In this document: positions 39,120 to 52,962 of the stretch, piece after piece
Numbering within the stretch: position 1 is the first letter of the stretch
How the letters are laid out: the number at the start of each line of letters is the position of its first letter
NCBI GenBank assembly: GCA_030141605.1
Contig: JAQGDQ010000087.1
Span: 248,001 to 312,000 of the forward strand
DNA from: Tubiluchus corallicola
Lineage: Eukaryota > Animalia > Priapulida
DNA length: 64,000 nt
Direction: 5' to 3'
The notes under the pieces: model-generated
Databases searched by the model: none
The model's input: the letters and a program-made list of their open reading frames with translations, nothing else
Told to the model about the DNA's origin: nothing
Position numbers and translations under genes: made by a program

Positions 39120-39480
39120 AGCTCTAGCAGTAGATGGCGCGAAAATGAGTTATTCCGGTTCACATGGCATGCTGTATGCCACTTCCGTGGTAAATTCTAA
39201 ATTCTTGGAAAAGCTTGCTCTGCGTAGGAGGCGAATTTCCTCGAAGTAGGGAGTTTTTCTTGCAAATGGAAACTCCAAAGTTCACGCTCCGATTGGACAA
39301 ATGACAGCACGTGAGTATCGTAAACTGTTAGCGAGTAAAAGAAGTGCATGCATGAGATGAAAGCGATTTCTAGCCAACTTTATTCATTTGTGATAATTTT
39401 ATATCATTTGGGTACAGCATAGTCATACTGCGTAGCTTTAGAAACTTGGCGAATTACAGTGTGTTTGTATGTGAGTGCGT
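39120..39480 (+). promoter_or_regulatory. Putative STAT gene promoter and first exon region
   Basis: Locally CpG-enriched. CTCF/YY1-like GCAGTAGATGGCGC 39127-39140; ETS-like TTCCGG and ACTTCCG at about 39153-39187; GAS TTCTTGGAA 39202-39210 and TTCCTCGAA 39237-39245; reverse CCAAT (ATTGG) 39292-39296; E-box CACGTG 39308-39313; candidate donors GTGAGT at 39311 and 39471. Confidence 0.6.
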
Positions 39481-41247
39481 TTTCATTGCTTGAGTTTACT
39501 GGTTTGTGTGCGGTATGCTGTAAAATACATTCAGCAGGAATTATCGTAAAACTTGGATGACGTAGCCTTTATATGAGAAGTACTGGAATGAGAATCATTC
39601 ATGCTGTTGTTAGTTGTACAACTTCTCATTTCTTCGAGATAGTCTGATTAGTGGGTTAGCAAAAAATAGGATGCATATTCTCCAATTCTGTTACTGAAAA
39701 TTGGTACCAAGCAACTTGTTTAATGTGTGGTGAAAAGAAAACTTGCTTAAAATATTTTTATGTATTGAGTTATCAATTGGGATAAAGCACCAAGATTTAA
39801 GGCTGCTGAGCTATTGCAGACAGTTTCTGTTTATAAAAGGTACATTAAATTATTTTTATATATTTTTGTTTAGATTAATCCATTTGCTCTTGTTATGTGA
39901 TTAAATCATCATTTTAATAAGGCCTTCATTTTCTTGTTTAATTTTATTTATAAACTATTTATTTACTAGGAATTTTTTGTTTATTTTTAGTTTTAGGTGG
40001 ATTTTAAGTATTAAGTTAAATTTAGAGAGCTTGTTCCATCTTGATCTGAGTGCTTTATTGCCTAACCTAAACGTTGCTGCTTGTTTGGCTTCAAGTGACC
40101 AACCTCTTACAAAAATATTTCATGAAAAAATGAAAATTGGTTGTCAGAACAAGCCGCACAAATGATGAAACCATTTTTTCTATTGAACAATGTATCTTAT
40201 TTCACTGTTCAGTATATTGTATGTTTGATGTTATGTATTTGTCTCTTCTCTGGAGTTAGACTGTGATTTTATTACAAAAACGTTTGAGTAATGGTTTAGT
40301 TTGTAGAAAAAAAACAACAAAAAGGATTAGTAAATATGTCAATAATTTTATATTTTAATTTTTTGATCAGTCAAAAATTAAACTCAGAAATCACAATCTT
40401 CCAAGTCATATAGTGAAAAATGAAAAAACCATTTACAGTTGCATGAGCACTCTTTATGTAGTATTTAACTTTTATTGCTTTGCCAATGTACATTGTATGT
40501 ATTTGTGCAAATAAAACTGAATTGATTAGATAAGTATTTATGCTGTGAATGTACCTACTGCATAATGTTTTCATATTTCCAGTTACCGCAACATTCGTTT
40601 CAGTTTCACAACCATTATTAAGCTGAAAATAATGCTGCCAAGAAACAAGTAACAATCTTTCAATAGCGTTATAACATTTAAGTCACCAAAAGGCCAAAAA
40701 AGACGTAATTTTAGGCCTTTCGACAACTTTAGATGTCATAATGTCATTGAAAGGCCTTATTTTCGCCTAGAAATGTTGATTCGTAGAAACTGGGTTTTTC
40801 CCATATGTAGAAGGCAAATAGTTTTGTAAAAGCTATATAAAATTCTGATTCTGCCACTGAATAAAACATACTGGTTGTTCATTTGTGACATATTCCATTC
40901 TTACAGCTTTGTGTTTTGCTTACTTGTGACATAATTTAAAAATTTTTTGTGCATCATGTGTATCAGTAAACATGCTAGCAAGAGCAATATGTAGAAGTAA
41001 GTGCATCCTTTCTGTTGCACCTTGTAAAAAATGTATAGTAAACTTAAAATGAAACTGAAACACATTTCCAGGTAAACAAAAACTGCAACTGTTTATTTAG
41101 CTTCTTTTGTGCTGATATCGGACATACTGCAATTTTGTAATGTAAAATTGTTTGCCGTGCTGTTGCAAATTCATGAAACTGTGCATGTCACTGATTTATA
41201 TTTCAGCTTATGATTGGATAGTAAAGCGTGAGAATAGTAGGAACAGT

Positions 41248-44200
41248 ATGGCTTTGTGGCAGAAGGTTGTTGACCACCAGTCATTGGAAACGGTCCAGCA
41301 GTACATTCAGTACAATTTTGGACCACAATTTCCAATGGAAGTGCGTCACTACTGTGCACAGTGGATAGAGGACCAGAACTGGTAAGTTAACATCACTACT
41401 CCATTATATAGTTATGCACGGGTTATATCTAATAGGGAAGCAGCTACGCACATTTTTGCAATTGGCACCTTTTTAACATCTTTTCTTAACTTTTGAGTTC
41501 ACATGTGCAATAAAAGTCAGATCTTTTTTAATTTTTTAAATCTTATGGCCTGGAAAGAATTTTCTGTCATTACTTTATTTGACCAACCTGCTTCCTGTGT
41601 TGTAGATTACTAGAATGAAGCCTAGACGAAAGAGACCGTTGCAGTTCCTTCATGATACATTTTTCACAATGCTCCATTTTTTTCTCATTTTACGTTTAAA
41701 ATTAAAATAATTAGGCAACACACGTTTTTATTATGTGTTGAGATTCACAAGCTTACTGTACAACTTTTTATGGTGTTTTAATTCTATATACAAAATAACA
41801 AATATGTACTTCCCTTAAAACTATATTTTCCTCATGTTTTGATTTTAAAAACAAAATTAAAATGTATAATTAACACATTTTAAATTGTTTGGTATGTGTC
41901 GCGGTGTCTTTTTATGTGCTTGTTCCCTCTTCTTTAGAACCTGGCTATGTCCCTGGTTAGGTAGCCTGAACGACCTACTTTTATATGCTGCCGCAGTTAA
42001 TTCCTAGGCGTCTTGAGAAAGCTAGTTAATTAACTTGATATCATCATTGTCCTTTTGGAATTCCTGCTTTCCGTCAGACCTTATTAAGACTGTGAAACTG
42101 TCAAGCATGCTTACAGATTAGCATTCAACTGCCATTTCTATTTGCAAGTCTGGTAAAATGTAATTATGTTCAGATTTTTGTGAACATAAACATAAAACTA
42201 TGTTTAGATTTTTGGGGTGTCTGATTTCAAATTAAAAATGAAGATTTTGAAAAAAAATTGTTTATGTTGCTTGAAAGTGTGTGAGCCTTGTGCTTAAAAT
42301 GACGTAAATTTTGTTAAATTTGTGAAATTAAAAATATAAAGCAAGTCATTGGCTGCTTAGTTTAACCTCTAATAACTTGGTTATAATTTTTTATGTACCT
42401 AGCTGGACATAATATGCGCTGTCTGCTTTTATGCTATAATTTTAATTTAAACTCTCATTCAGTGACTTAAAGTTATAAATATTAATGCTATACAAAGTTG
42501 AAAATTAGCTGTAATTTTGAATTTGTTTTCAACAAGTGAGAAACTTATAATTTTATTTTGTTGATTAATCACTATCAAATTTTGAATATAAATGTAAAAT
42601 TCATACAAGGTAAGTGACTTGTAAAATGCAAGTCATAAAAACGTAAGTATAAGTTTACATTAATTAGAAATGGTTGCTGTATATTAAAATTAATTTTAAA
42701 ATGCTGTTGCATTCCATGTTTTTAGGTGCTATATACTTGTTTGCAGGAACATACTTTGTTTATAAAGTCAACGTATTTTTTCTGATCTGTCATCTTACAG
42801 GTATGACATCGACCCTACTAATCAGCAGAATGAGGCAAGTGCGAACCAGTTATTTGTCGGCCTGGTAGCTGAATTGGAAAGACAAATAGAAATTTTGCGT
42901 TCCCATAATAATAACGATATCGAGTGGATGTTGATTCATTATCCAAAGTTACAAAGCCTCATTGGGAATTTGAAAGTAAGTACAGCAGATGTTTCATACT
43001 TTGTGATTTTGTATGTAAGTTAAGATAGTCCCAGCACTACATTCGTGTACATTATAGTCATATTAAAATGGTTGGAAAATGGAAAAATTCAACACTCACT
43101 TTTTCTGGAGTTGAATGACAATAGTTTTGACAAGCCAATTTCTAAAAAAAGCAAAGTATGTGTTACTTGAATATAATAGTTGAATCGCCAAGAAAGCATA
43201 ATTAATTAAATGAATCTGTGTCTTGATTAGCTAATATGGAAATTTCTTTTAGTACTGGAAAACATTAGCCTTTTATCTAGAGGCCTTAATTTGTGATACG
43301 TTTTAGTTTTGGTATAGCTCAACTATTAATTGCAACATTTTAAATCTCTAATCACGATGTTCAAATATAAACTTGCGTTATCAGTCCTTGTTTACAGGTT
43401 AGTTTAGCTAGTATATGCCAGATTGACTAGAGCATAATATGCTAACAGAGATAGCACGTTATGCAGTAGTGGGACACTTCCCGTAAATAACTCCTTTCCT
43501 TATTTCCTTTTAGAATCACACTTATTGTAATGCAATTTATCACGCTTAAACTGAACATTGTAATTGCGTTAATTTTTACATTTTTATCGAAACGTTACTC
43601 AGCTATGGCAAAACATGGTGAATTTTGGTTGCACATTAAACCAAAACTAAAATAGTTAATCTGTTTTAATATATTGTTGTATTTAACGGGCAGTTTTGGC
43701 TGTCCCTCTAACTTGCTGAGTCATTTGCACTCAGAACAGTTCATCACTTAATTGTGGGTGTAATTACTAAATGATTGCTTTTTTGTAGGAAAAATTTGTG
43801 CTTTATTGCTGCAGAAAAACAATTCATGAAACGACATATTTGACAATGCACACAAAAACAAAAATTACTGTAAACTGTAAATTTTGAAACATAGCGAGTC
43901 AACGACCAAGCTTTTTGATACACCTATAGTTGTCTAACTCAAAACATATTAATATAAATTGAGCAGTCAATCGCAGTAATTGATTATTAACGTACTTAAT
44001 AAGTGTGATTACTTAATTTTTTTGTATTCCATTATTGACCTCCACAGGGTTTTCAGTTACATCATAACGTTAACCCTTTACGGCTGTACGAACAACACCC
44101 ATGTACACACTACTCCTGTCTTATTGATCAGCTTGCCATTTACGAGGCGAGTCGCCAGGTTTATGAGAATATGGCATGGCTTTTATGATGGAAAAAGAAT

Positions 44201-47200
44201 TTACGATAAAAACTTGCTACCCCCTGACGGTCTGTGATGGGGTCATTGAAGATATTCTGTTTCAGGTTTTATTTCTTGCTTTATTTGTTTCGACGAATTT
44301 GCCGGCAGTAGGAATGTCAAAAGATAAGGTCTGTTGTTGTTACGTGGAACTTTTCAAAGAGCATTTGGGCTTAAATTGACAACAAGATCTTTATTTTCGT
44401 TAGTTTCTATTGTTTGTCAATTCAGAAGCTACATCTGCTGTTTTCATTGCTTTATAAAGTGAAAATCTTGGCTAAAGTGAAAAGCAAAAGCTAAAATTAC
44501 CAAACTGTAGCCATATCGTTTAACAGACTTTTCCATTAGAAGTTCATATTGTTCCACATTCTGTTGTCTATTTTCTAAACAATGTTAATATTACAACAGC
44601 TATATTGAACACCCTATTCTAGATGTCATGGAAATTGCTATTTATTGGCATTACATTCTGCATCATCAATGCTGCTGTGCCGCTTGTACTGATGGTGCTA
44701 TATAACCAACAGATTGCTAGAATAACGAATTGTGTTCGTGGATTCGGCTTTCAATACTGGTTGATACTCTATCATAAAAATAAATAAATAAAAAACTTTA
44801 TGACGGCTCGCATTCCCAGAACCTGACTAACCGAGTTTATGCTTTGCTTGGCATGGACATGACAAGGATGCATTTGCGTGAATGTTTTTTTATGGCATGG
44901 TATTACTGCCTATTAGCATCTACAAGAAGATTATGCTACTTATAAGGACATCATCAGCTGCATTCTAATTGCTGACATGACCAACATACTGGGTATTCAA
45001 GCCACGCACACGTACATTAAATTGTCAAAATTAAATTGATTAACAGGAATGTTTACACCACTATTTGTATCTATAATAACAAAGAAAAATGTATAAATGA
45101 GGCATAATATTGGTAAGATTTCAGTATGCTTAGCAGATTGTCATTAACAAGACTAATAATTTAAATTTGTTCAAAACTTGTCTGCGTTGGTTCTGACTTT
45201 TTGTTTAATGATATCAAGATGGAATATACTTACAGTTAGTTGGTGTAAGACATATAATTTACTAATTGACAAAAGATTGAAACTATATGAAACATGACTA
45301 GATGAAAAAAATCTGAACAGATTTTAATGTAAGAAGCAAGTACCTTTGAAAATGCAAAGTCGTTTTTCTTTAGTTAACAATTCCTAATTTTGCTGTGGTG
45401 TAAATCACTTGTTTGGCCAGTCAAACTATAATTATTATTATTATAATTGCGATGGGTACCATCTTGAGACAGCAGTCGGTTTTGCAGCATTTGCAGCAAC
45501 AGACAGCATTCCAGAAGTTGATAACGTAAATAACTGGACACCATTTATGATGCCATTGTCAACATTAAAATACATTAAATAATAACAAAACTTTTTTATA
45601 TGCATCGCTAACCTGAGCTTTATTTTTATTTTTGGCCATATGGAAATTATTTCGTAGTTGTCCAGAGCTCGGATTTTTAAGTTATCAGTAATATTCTCTA
45701 TGCAAAGTTAACAATTTGACGTGTATTCTCAAAACATAGTATGAAATTGTACATATTCTAAGGTATCTTGTCAATTACCTTCAACTGGACATCATGCTAG
45801 CGCTTTAAAATAGTGCTTGTCACATTTGGAAATTGTTACGACACCTAACATAAAATTAATGATTTAATAAAAAAAACTGTAAATCTTTTTTATTAGTGTA
45901 TGTTTTATCCAATTTAAATCAATTCTAACCAGCAAGAAACTATCCCTTAAAACAACGTTGCGACTCTTCAGTGCAAATGTAGCTACTGTAGTATCTTCAT
46001 GTACAACCATGTTATGTGGGTGGGGTGTGACTATAACTGCAACTGAGGAAATAGAATTAGATGTGTTTCGTGGAGATCTACTCAGAAAAATCTTAAAAAT
46101 AAAATGGCTGTATATCATTTCAAATGAGCAGCTGTATAACAGAACCAAAGAGGATCGCTGGAGCACTAAAATCAGAACCAGAAGGCTAAGATGGGTAAGA
46201 CATTTATTGAGACAGCCAGAACGACATCACTAAGATTAGCATTAAACGAGGTACTGAAATCTGCTAAATGACCTCCAGGCAAATCAAAAACAACTTGGAT
46301 ATCAAGAATTAATAAAGATTTACAACAGCTGAGACCAAACTTAATAATAGCATCAAAAGAGTTGAAAATTTTAGCTGCAGACAGGAAACAGTGGGGGTGC
46401 TCTAACAAATCATAGATGCTCAATGCCTATAATAGATGTTTAGAGCAACAAAAGAAGAAGATTATTTTAATTTTAGTGCATTTTAAGGAAGAAAGAACTA
46501 ATAGCTAAAACGTGCTTCCATTACAAATCATGACAGCGACGTTAGTATTATGGCTTAAGTATCTATATACAAATTAGTAGAAACTTTTTAACAAGAAAAT
46601 TTCCTTTAAGCTTGCTAAACTATTCAAATAAACATCAAACGTTTCATTGTGTAACGCAGGACTTGACTAATATGCAGCTCTGTACCTTAAGTTATGAATT
46701 CCCCAGATTCTGCCATCTTGTTCAGTGGTGGCTCATAGCTAAAATTAGTGGGGGTGCTGCAAAATTAAAAAATATTTAGCCATTGATTTAATACTGTGTG
46801 AAACGAAACAAACATATGTGATTTTAATGTTGCAATTGTAATTTTAAATAAACAAACAAATTTATACATGAACTTGGTAAAATCCTAAACAAAAAAGTAT
46901 TGCTTTCTATCAAATAGCGTAAATTGTCGCAGTTCAGCAATATGCCAGTACACGATTTTTAAACATGTGACAACTGACAAAACACACTGCATGAACGACA
47001 GTACTGTTTTTGCTTAAAGTACAGCATCTTATCTCAGACATGTGTGCATGACCGCATGCGCAGAACAGCCAAACACCATGTTGCTCGGGCTGTGAAGCAA
47101 ACGGTACTTCCTTCACGCGCTACGGTTCCGCACAGGTATAAAGAAAGAACTAAAAAAAGGTTTTTATATTGAATATTATCAATAATAATGAGTGAAAACA

Positions 47201-50200
47201 GGGGGCATTGCAGTTCCACAGTTCCTATACACGAGCCACCACTGATCATCAGAATTCTACATTTTATTTCTCATTAATCTAATTTATGCGAATGATCCAC
47301 TGTAACAGTAGATTAGAATATGTGGACCTTTGAATCATTTACACCAAGAATGTTGGTTTCAGGCAGACAAATTTGTGCACTTTTTTCAACCAACGGGAAA
47401 CGAAATTTCAATTTATTTGAATTAACATAACAACAGTTTTACAATAGATTTCAGATGATGGTACTTAAAATAGATATTACCAATAATGTGTATGTTTGTC
47501 AACTTATTAACATAAACAACAACATTAGATTATATATGTTTTAGCAAGACCAAGGAAGACGTAGCTTATAGGGGCTACCCAGAAATTATATTTAGTATTA
47601 CCGTTGATAGCATTTCGGACACAATCTCTCTTACTTTGTTCAAACAAGTACCTGTGGGTAGTGGAGAGTTGTTTCTAAGACCTACAATGTAATGTGATGT
47701 GTGCCTATGGCAACAAAATGTCGCCTTTCCAATTGTACAAAAAAGCCAAATTAAAGCACTCAGCGTGAAGGGTACCAGATATAGTCTTGCCTTGTTGACG
47801 CGTAAGACGGCCTGCACATTTTGTGCACTACCGGATGTCCGCATATTCTGCACAAATTGTCACCGGTTGTACAATTTTTTTGTATGGACAATAAAACTTA
47901 TTTGTCAAGAATTAAAGACTCGTGATTACCCTAAGTCATGAATTTGCAGTGATTTACGAGACTTTTTAGCTTTGCTTTATGTTTTACGATTCTTGGAATT
48001 TTATTGTCGATGAATCAGCAAAATCTCCAGCTGTTCTGTTTTCGGCATTTCCATTTTTGATCATTTTAGCTGTTACTTGTTAACATTTCTACGGACATAA
48101 TTCGAAATCTCCATTTTTCAGCGGAAAGTGGTTCTATTTGTTTTATTATTTTTTGTGAAGAAAACGGAGTCCTTGTCGATAGTTAGGTGTTCTGAGAATT
48201 CATAAAAGGCAGCGTAGTTTTATTTGCGTGAAAAGGGGAGCTAGGGATGTTATTGTGAAAAGAAATGTTTTTAAATTTTTACCTAAAATCATTAATTGTG
48301 TGGTATGTGAACAACATTTATTCTGAACTGTTTTTGTGAGTATTCATACTAATAAATTATGTTACTTCATTTTTGTGATTGTGCTTTAGGCTCTTGCTTT
48401 TGGTTTTTCCTCGATACGCCTTTAAAGGAAATATTTCCAACCATAAAATTGTTTTATTTTGGTAAATATCAAGAATTATTGTGAAAAGGCAATAATCTGC
48501 AACTTGCAAGTTATAACATCCTGGTACAGCGGTTGTTTATGGTGCTTGTTTATTTTTGCTGTTTGTTTGTTATCAATAGCATTTATTGTTACTAGAATCA
48601 ATTACGTGCATTTTTACGAATTTCTTCAGGGCTTGAAACAGTGCCAATGTTGTTTCACAATATCTTAACCTAATTTTTTTACAGTTGTTCACTGTTTAGT
48701 AGAAACTTTGAAACCTGGTTTCAATAGATTTATCCAAAATTTATAGTTTTTGAAATCATGACTCTAGATATTTTTCTGTCCTTGTTTGTTTTTTCTATCC
48801 CCATTTAACTTTTGTTTAAATTCATTGTGATGCTAGATGTATTGCTTTATCATTAAACCAAATTAGCAAATTAATTTATTATGAAATTCAAGCATGTTTT
48901 ATCTTTGCGTATTTTTCTTGCCAGCCAAGTATTAACTTTTTCATGTTAGGGGGGAGGTAACAGAAAGAAAATAACAAACTTTAATTTCAATAGTTCCCGT
49001 CATTGGGCAAAAAGCTCCCATCACAGCCTGTCAATCTTCGCACACATAGCTTATGTTTATTCATGAAATAAACAACTCATGAAAAAAAATCAAGTTTATT
49101 CATGAAGTAAAGGTATTGTGTTTTTTGGTATTGTGTAACTTTGTACATTACTATTCTTGAAATTTTATAGTTTTTACTTGCAGATCAAACGGAGTCAGTG
49201 CACGAGTTTAGTTTTTAGTATGGTGGTATACAATATTGTTCTTAACTTGAATTGTACCTGCAATAAAATTACATGTAACAACGTGAAATTTATTTAAGTT
49301 GTATGTAAAAATTTACAGACTGTTTTTTTTTGCTTAGAAAGAAAAAGAATAGTATAACATATATGCTATTGGTCGTAGTATCTGAATTGTAATTGATTAC
49401 ATCAGATTTCATTGTTTCGAATTTTCACTTTCAGGACATGTACACCTACCGTCCTTTGCAGTTGGTAAAAGTTGTGCAGCAGTGTTTAGATCACGAACAT
49501 CAGCTGGTTTCTGCTATAGAAAATGTAAGTTTATGTTAAACAATTGCCTTTTTGGGTGGCAAAAGCAACTAAATTATATGTTTTAACAATGCAAAGCATT
49601 AGTTTTTTTTATATTTGTAAAGCATATGAACTGGGTACTTTAAAAATTTAGTAGAATTTATTGTGCTTTTAAAATATAGCTATATAATGCAGTACTGCGC
49701 CTGTAGTATTTTGATGAGTACGGTCGTGTTTTTTAATGTTTGGTTCATTCCTTCACAAAGTGTTTTATATTCGCTGTTAAAGCTTCTTGTAGTTTTTAAT
49801 TTTCACGTGAGAATTAGTTTGATTAGTTCATATTTTTTCTTGTGTTTATTTGGTACAACAAGGCTGAGCGTGGTTCACATTCAAAGACTTAAGAATTGTC
49901 AATTATAATACTTTCTTGTAATACTTTCACGAATTAAATTAATAATTTGCATATTCTAGCTGAATTTAAAACAAAGTTTTATTGGTTGTTAAAAAACACA
50001 AAAGAAATTATTTACTTTTAATTTTGATAACCCTCATCAACTGCTGCCATAACTGTTTTTCTGGTAAATTAATTGTGGTTTGTTGATAATTTTAGCCTCA
50101 GCAGCCTCGGGATGGAGCGTCCAATCCTCAGTTACTGAAAGCTGGTCAGGAAATTCGACAGAAGCTCGAAGTTCTAAAATCGATGACTCAGGTCTGATTT

Positions 50201-52884
50201 TGTTCACTAATTCCTTTATTTATTATGTATACTGTTTATGTTCCTCTGCAACTAAAATGTCATATTGCACGTATATAGAAATGATGATAATTTACTAAAT
50301 TGCGGTGCGTTAATGGCTGCCGCATAAATTCTTAATTTGTTTTTCGTAGAAATGTGATGTTCAGATGCAGCAGTTGAAAGAGTGTCAGGAAGTGCTTACA
50401 GTCAACATTCATAGCTTGACCATGTGCAAAAGTGAGTAAAGATTATGTTTAACATCATTTGCTCATGAGTTTGTTTGTTTGTCACTTTCAAGTTAAGACA
50501 TTTTATCTTTACAGATTTTGCTGGAACATTTTAGATCCCATTCTGATTAATAAAACGCTAGTAACAGACTTCGAAATTTCAAAAAATTATTTAACCCAAA
50601 GTCCGTTCTGGTTGTATTTGGCCTGTCTTTTGGTTACCTACACTTTTTGGCATAACCCGGATGTGATAATATAAACATAACACTTCATGGAAAAATGTAA
50701 TTATAAGTTTGTCTGTACATTTAGAAATACAAAATGCTATGTATAGCAATGTGGTTGTCATTTGACTTAATTGAAAAAACTTTATAATGATCTATTAACA
50801 AAAATTAAAATCGTTATTGAAATATTGAAGTTTGGCTGATTAAAATAAACATTGATTATTTATTAGAAATTGACTCATTGCAATATTGAAATTTGGCTCA
50901 CAGATTTGGCTTATTTTTTCCTATTCCCACTGAGGTTTGGCTAAATTTAACAGCATTTAGCTTACTTTTGTCGTACGAATGATTTTGTCATCAGTTAACC
51001 CCGCCACTTCGTGCCACAATGGAGTCTATCGTACACTAATTCGCACAAAAACTTTTATATACAAATATTTTTCAAAATAGTAAAACAAACAGTTTTAACT
51101 ATGATAGTTTGTTAAAGCAGTAATAGGTATGGCCTTCTGAATAGAGCAGACTTGGCGGTAATGCTATGCAGTTGTCTACCAACGGTATGCTTCACGTGAA
51201 CATTTTTTACATAACCCATGCATAAGCTGAACAATGATTTTGTTGTGAACACCAATGAACACCAATGCACTTTGTGTTCATGTGATATTACGAGGCCTGT
51301 ATTACTTAAGTAATAACTTTTTTATCTCTTGTGGTGTGCAAATAAGCCAGTGTATGTAATGTACACATAATTGAAAAGTTGAATATACATTTAACAAATT
51401 TGCAAGTTTGCTTTTTTATTCAGTTCAGCAGAGAGCCCAGTACAACTATGGCAGGATGTACTATTATTGATAAATGCTTCTGTTAGGACCAGACCTTTGC
51501 TTTTTAGCAGGGACTCATCCACATGTGTATATACTCTCCCACAATGATACAAAGAGTGGCAAAGCGTAAGGAGGATAAAAATGTCCGGAAGCGCTTTGGT
51601 TACCCACTTATTTACTAACCAGGGCTGGCACCACTTTAACTGCAAGCCAAACCACACATCATGATTATCCCAGCTATTCCTCTTATCTCTAAACACACGA
51701 AGTAATTGTTTATATATACATAGCATTTATACTTGATATTTATTAGTCATGATGTTACAGTAATTTAGTAAGGTTATGTTATTTTAACCTTTGTTTGTGG
51801 AAATTTTGTTATTGTGTGGATTTTTCTTGAATGTTTGGCACTATTGAAACAGCATCTGCATACAATTGTAGCTTGGGTTTTTAAAATTGTTGTGTAAATA
51901 TTAATATGTGTACTATAATTTTTATGCAAAATGCTATTCTCTGCTGTTCTAGGCTACATGCAGCAAGTGGAACAGCAAATAAAGCAAGCAAAGACACAGG
52001 ACGAGGCCAAAACTTTGCACCAGAAAAAGGCTCATGTTCTCGAAAAGGAGCAGGCGCAGACGTTAACAGTCAAACAACAAGCTGCCAAGCTCAGGGAAAT
52101 GAGAGACGTATGTCACTATTAAATGAAAAACAGACACTGTACTTTCTTGCATGATTTACGAATTTAAAAGTCAGTGGTTGTCAACTGCTACAACTTGATA
52201 CTTTCCTGGTGTTATTTGTGCTGTACTTACTGCTCTTATTGTTAGTGTGAATACTGACTACAAACTACATATTAAAATCTAATGATTTTGCATTTACTAT
52301 AAAATTGGTTTTTATGTCTGTACGGTACAAAAAAGGGTCTTTGCTAACAAGTCTAATGTCGGCTAGATTTTTGTTGCCACCTTTTTTGCTGTCTCAGTTC
52401 GATCTCTTTTCACACCTGTTCAGTAGACACTATCCTCACTGTTGGTTCGTTAAATTTTTTTCAGTCTGTTTGTCTCAGTTCTTTTGTAAAATTTGGGGAT
52501 TAACTGTTGTCTCCTGTATGTCATAGCTTCTTAGCAAGAGTTTTAAGTCTTATAACAATTAGTTTTTATTATTGAATTCATTGACGTGTACCATTTTTTA
52601 GGAGGTAGAACAGATGTACACTTCCGTGTTGACACATATAGAGCAGCTTTCCAATCTTGTCATACGAGACGAACTCAAGAAATGGAAGTTGGGCCAAAAG
52701 TTGAAGAACATTGGTCGACCGTTTGAGGACAACTTTGAGCACATACAGCAGTGGTATGTTTAAACATGGTTCGATTTATGTTATGTTATTTCAAGTATTT
52801 CTGTAATGTACTGTATTTGCTGTATTTTCAGAACATTACATGTATCAAAGACTACAGTTGTTTGCCGAGTTCAAAAATAGAGTG

Positions 52885-52962
<78 letters not shown>

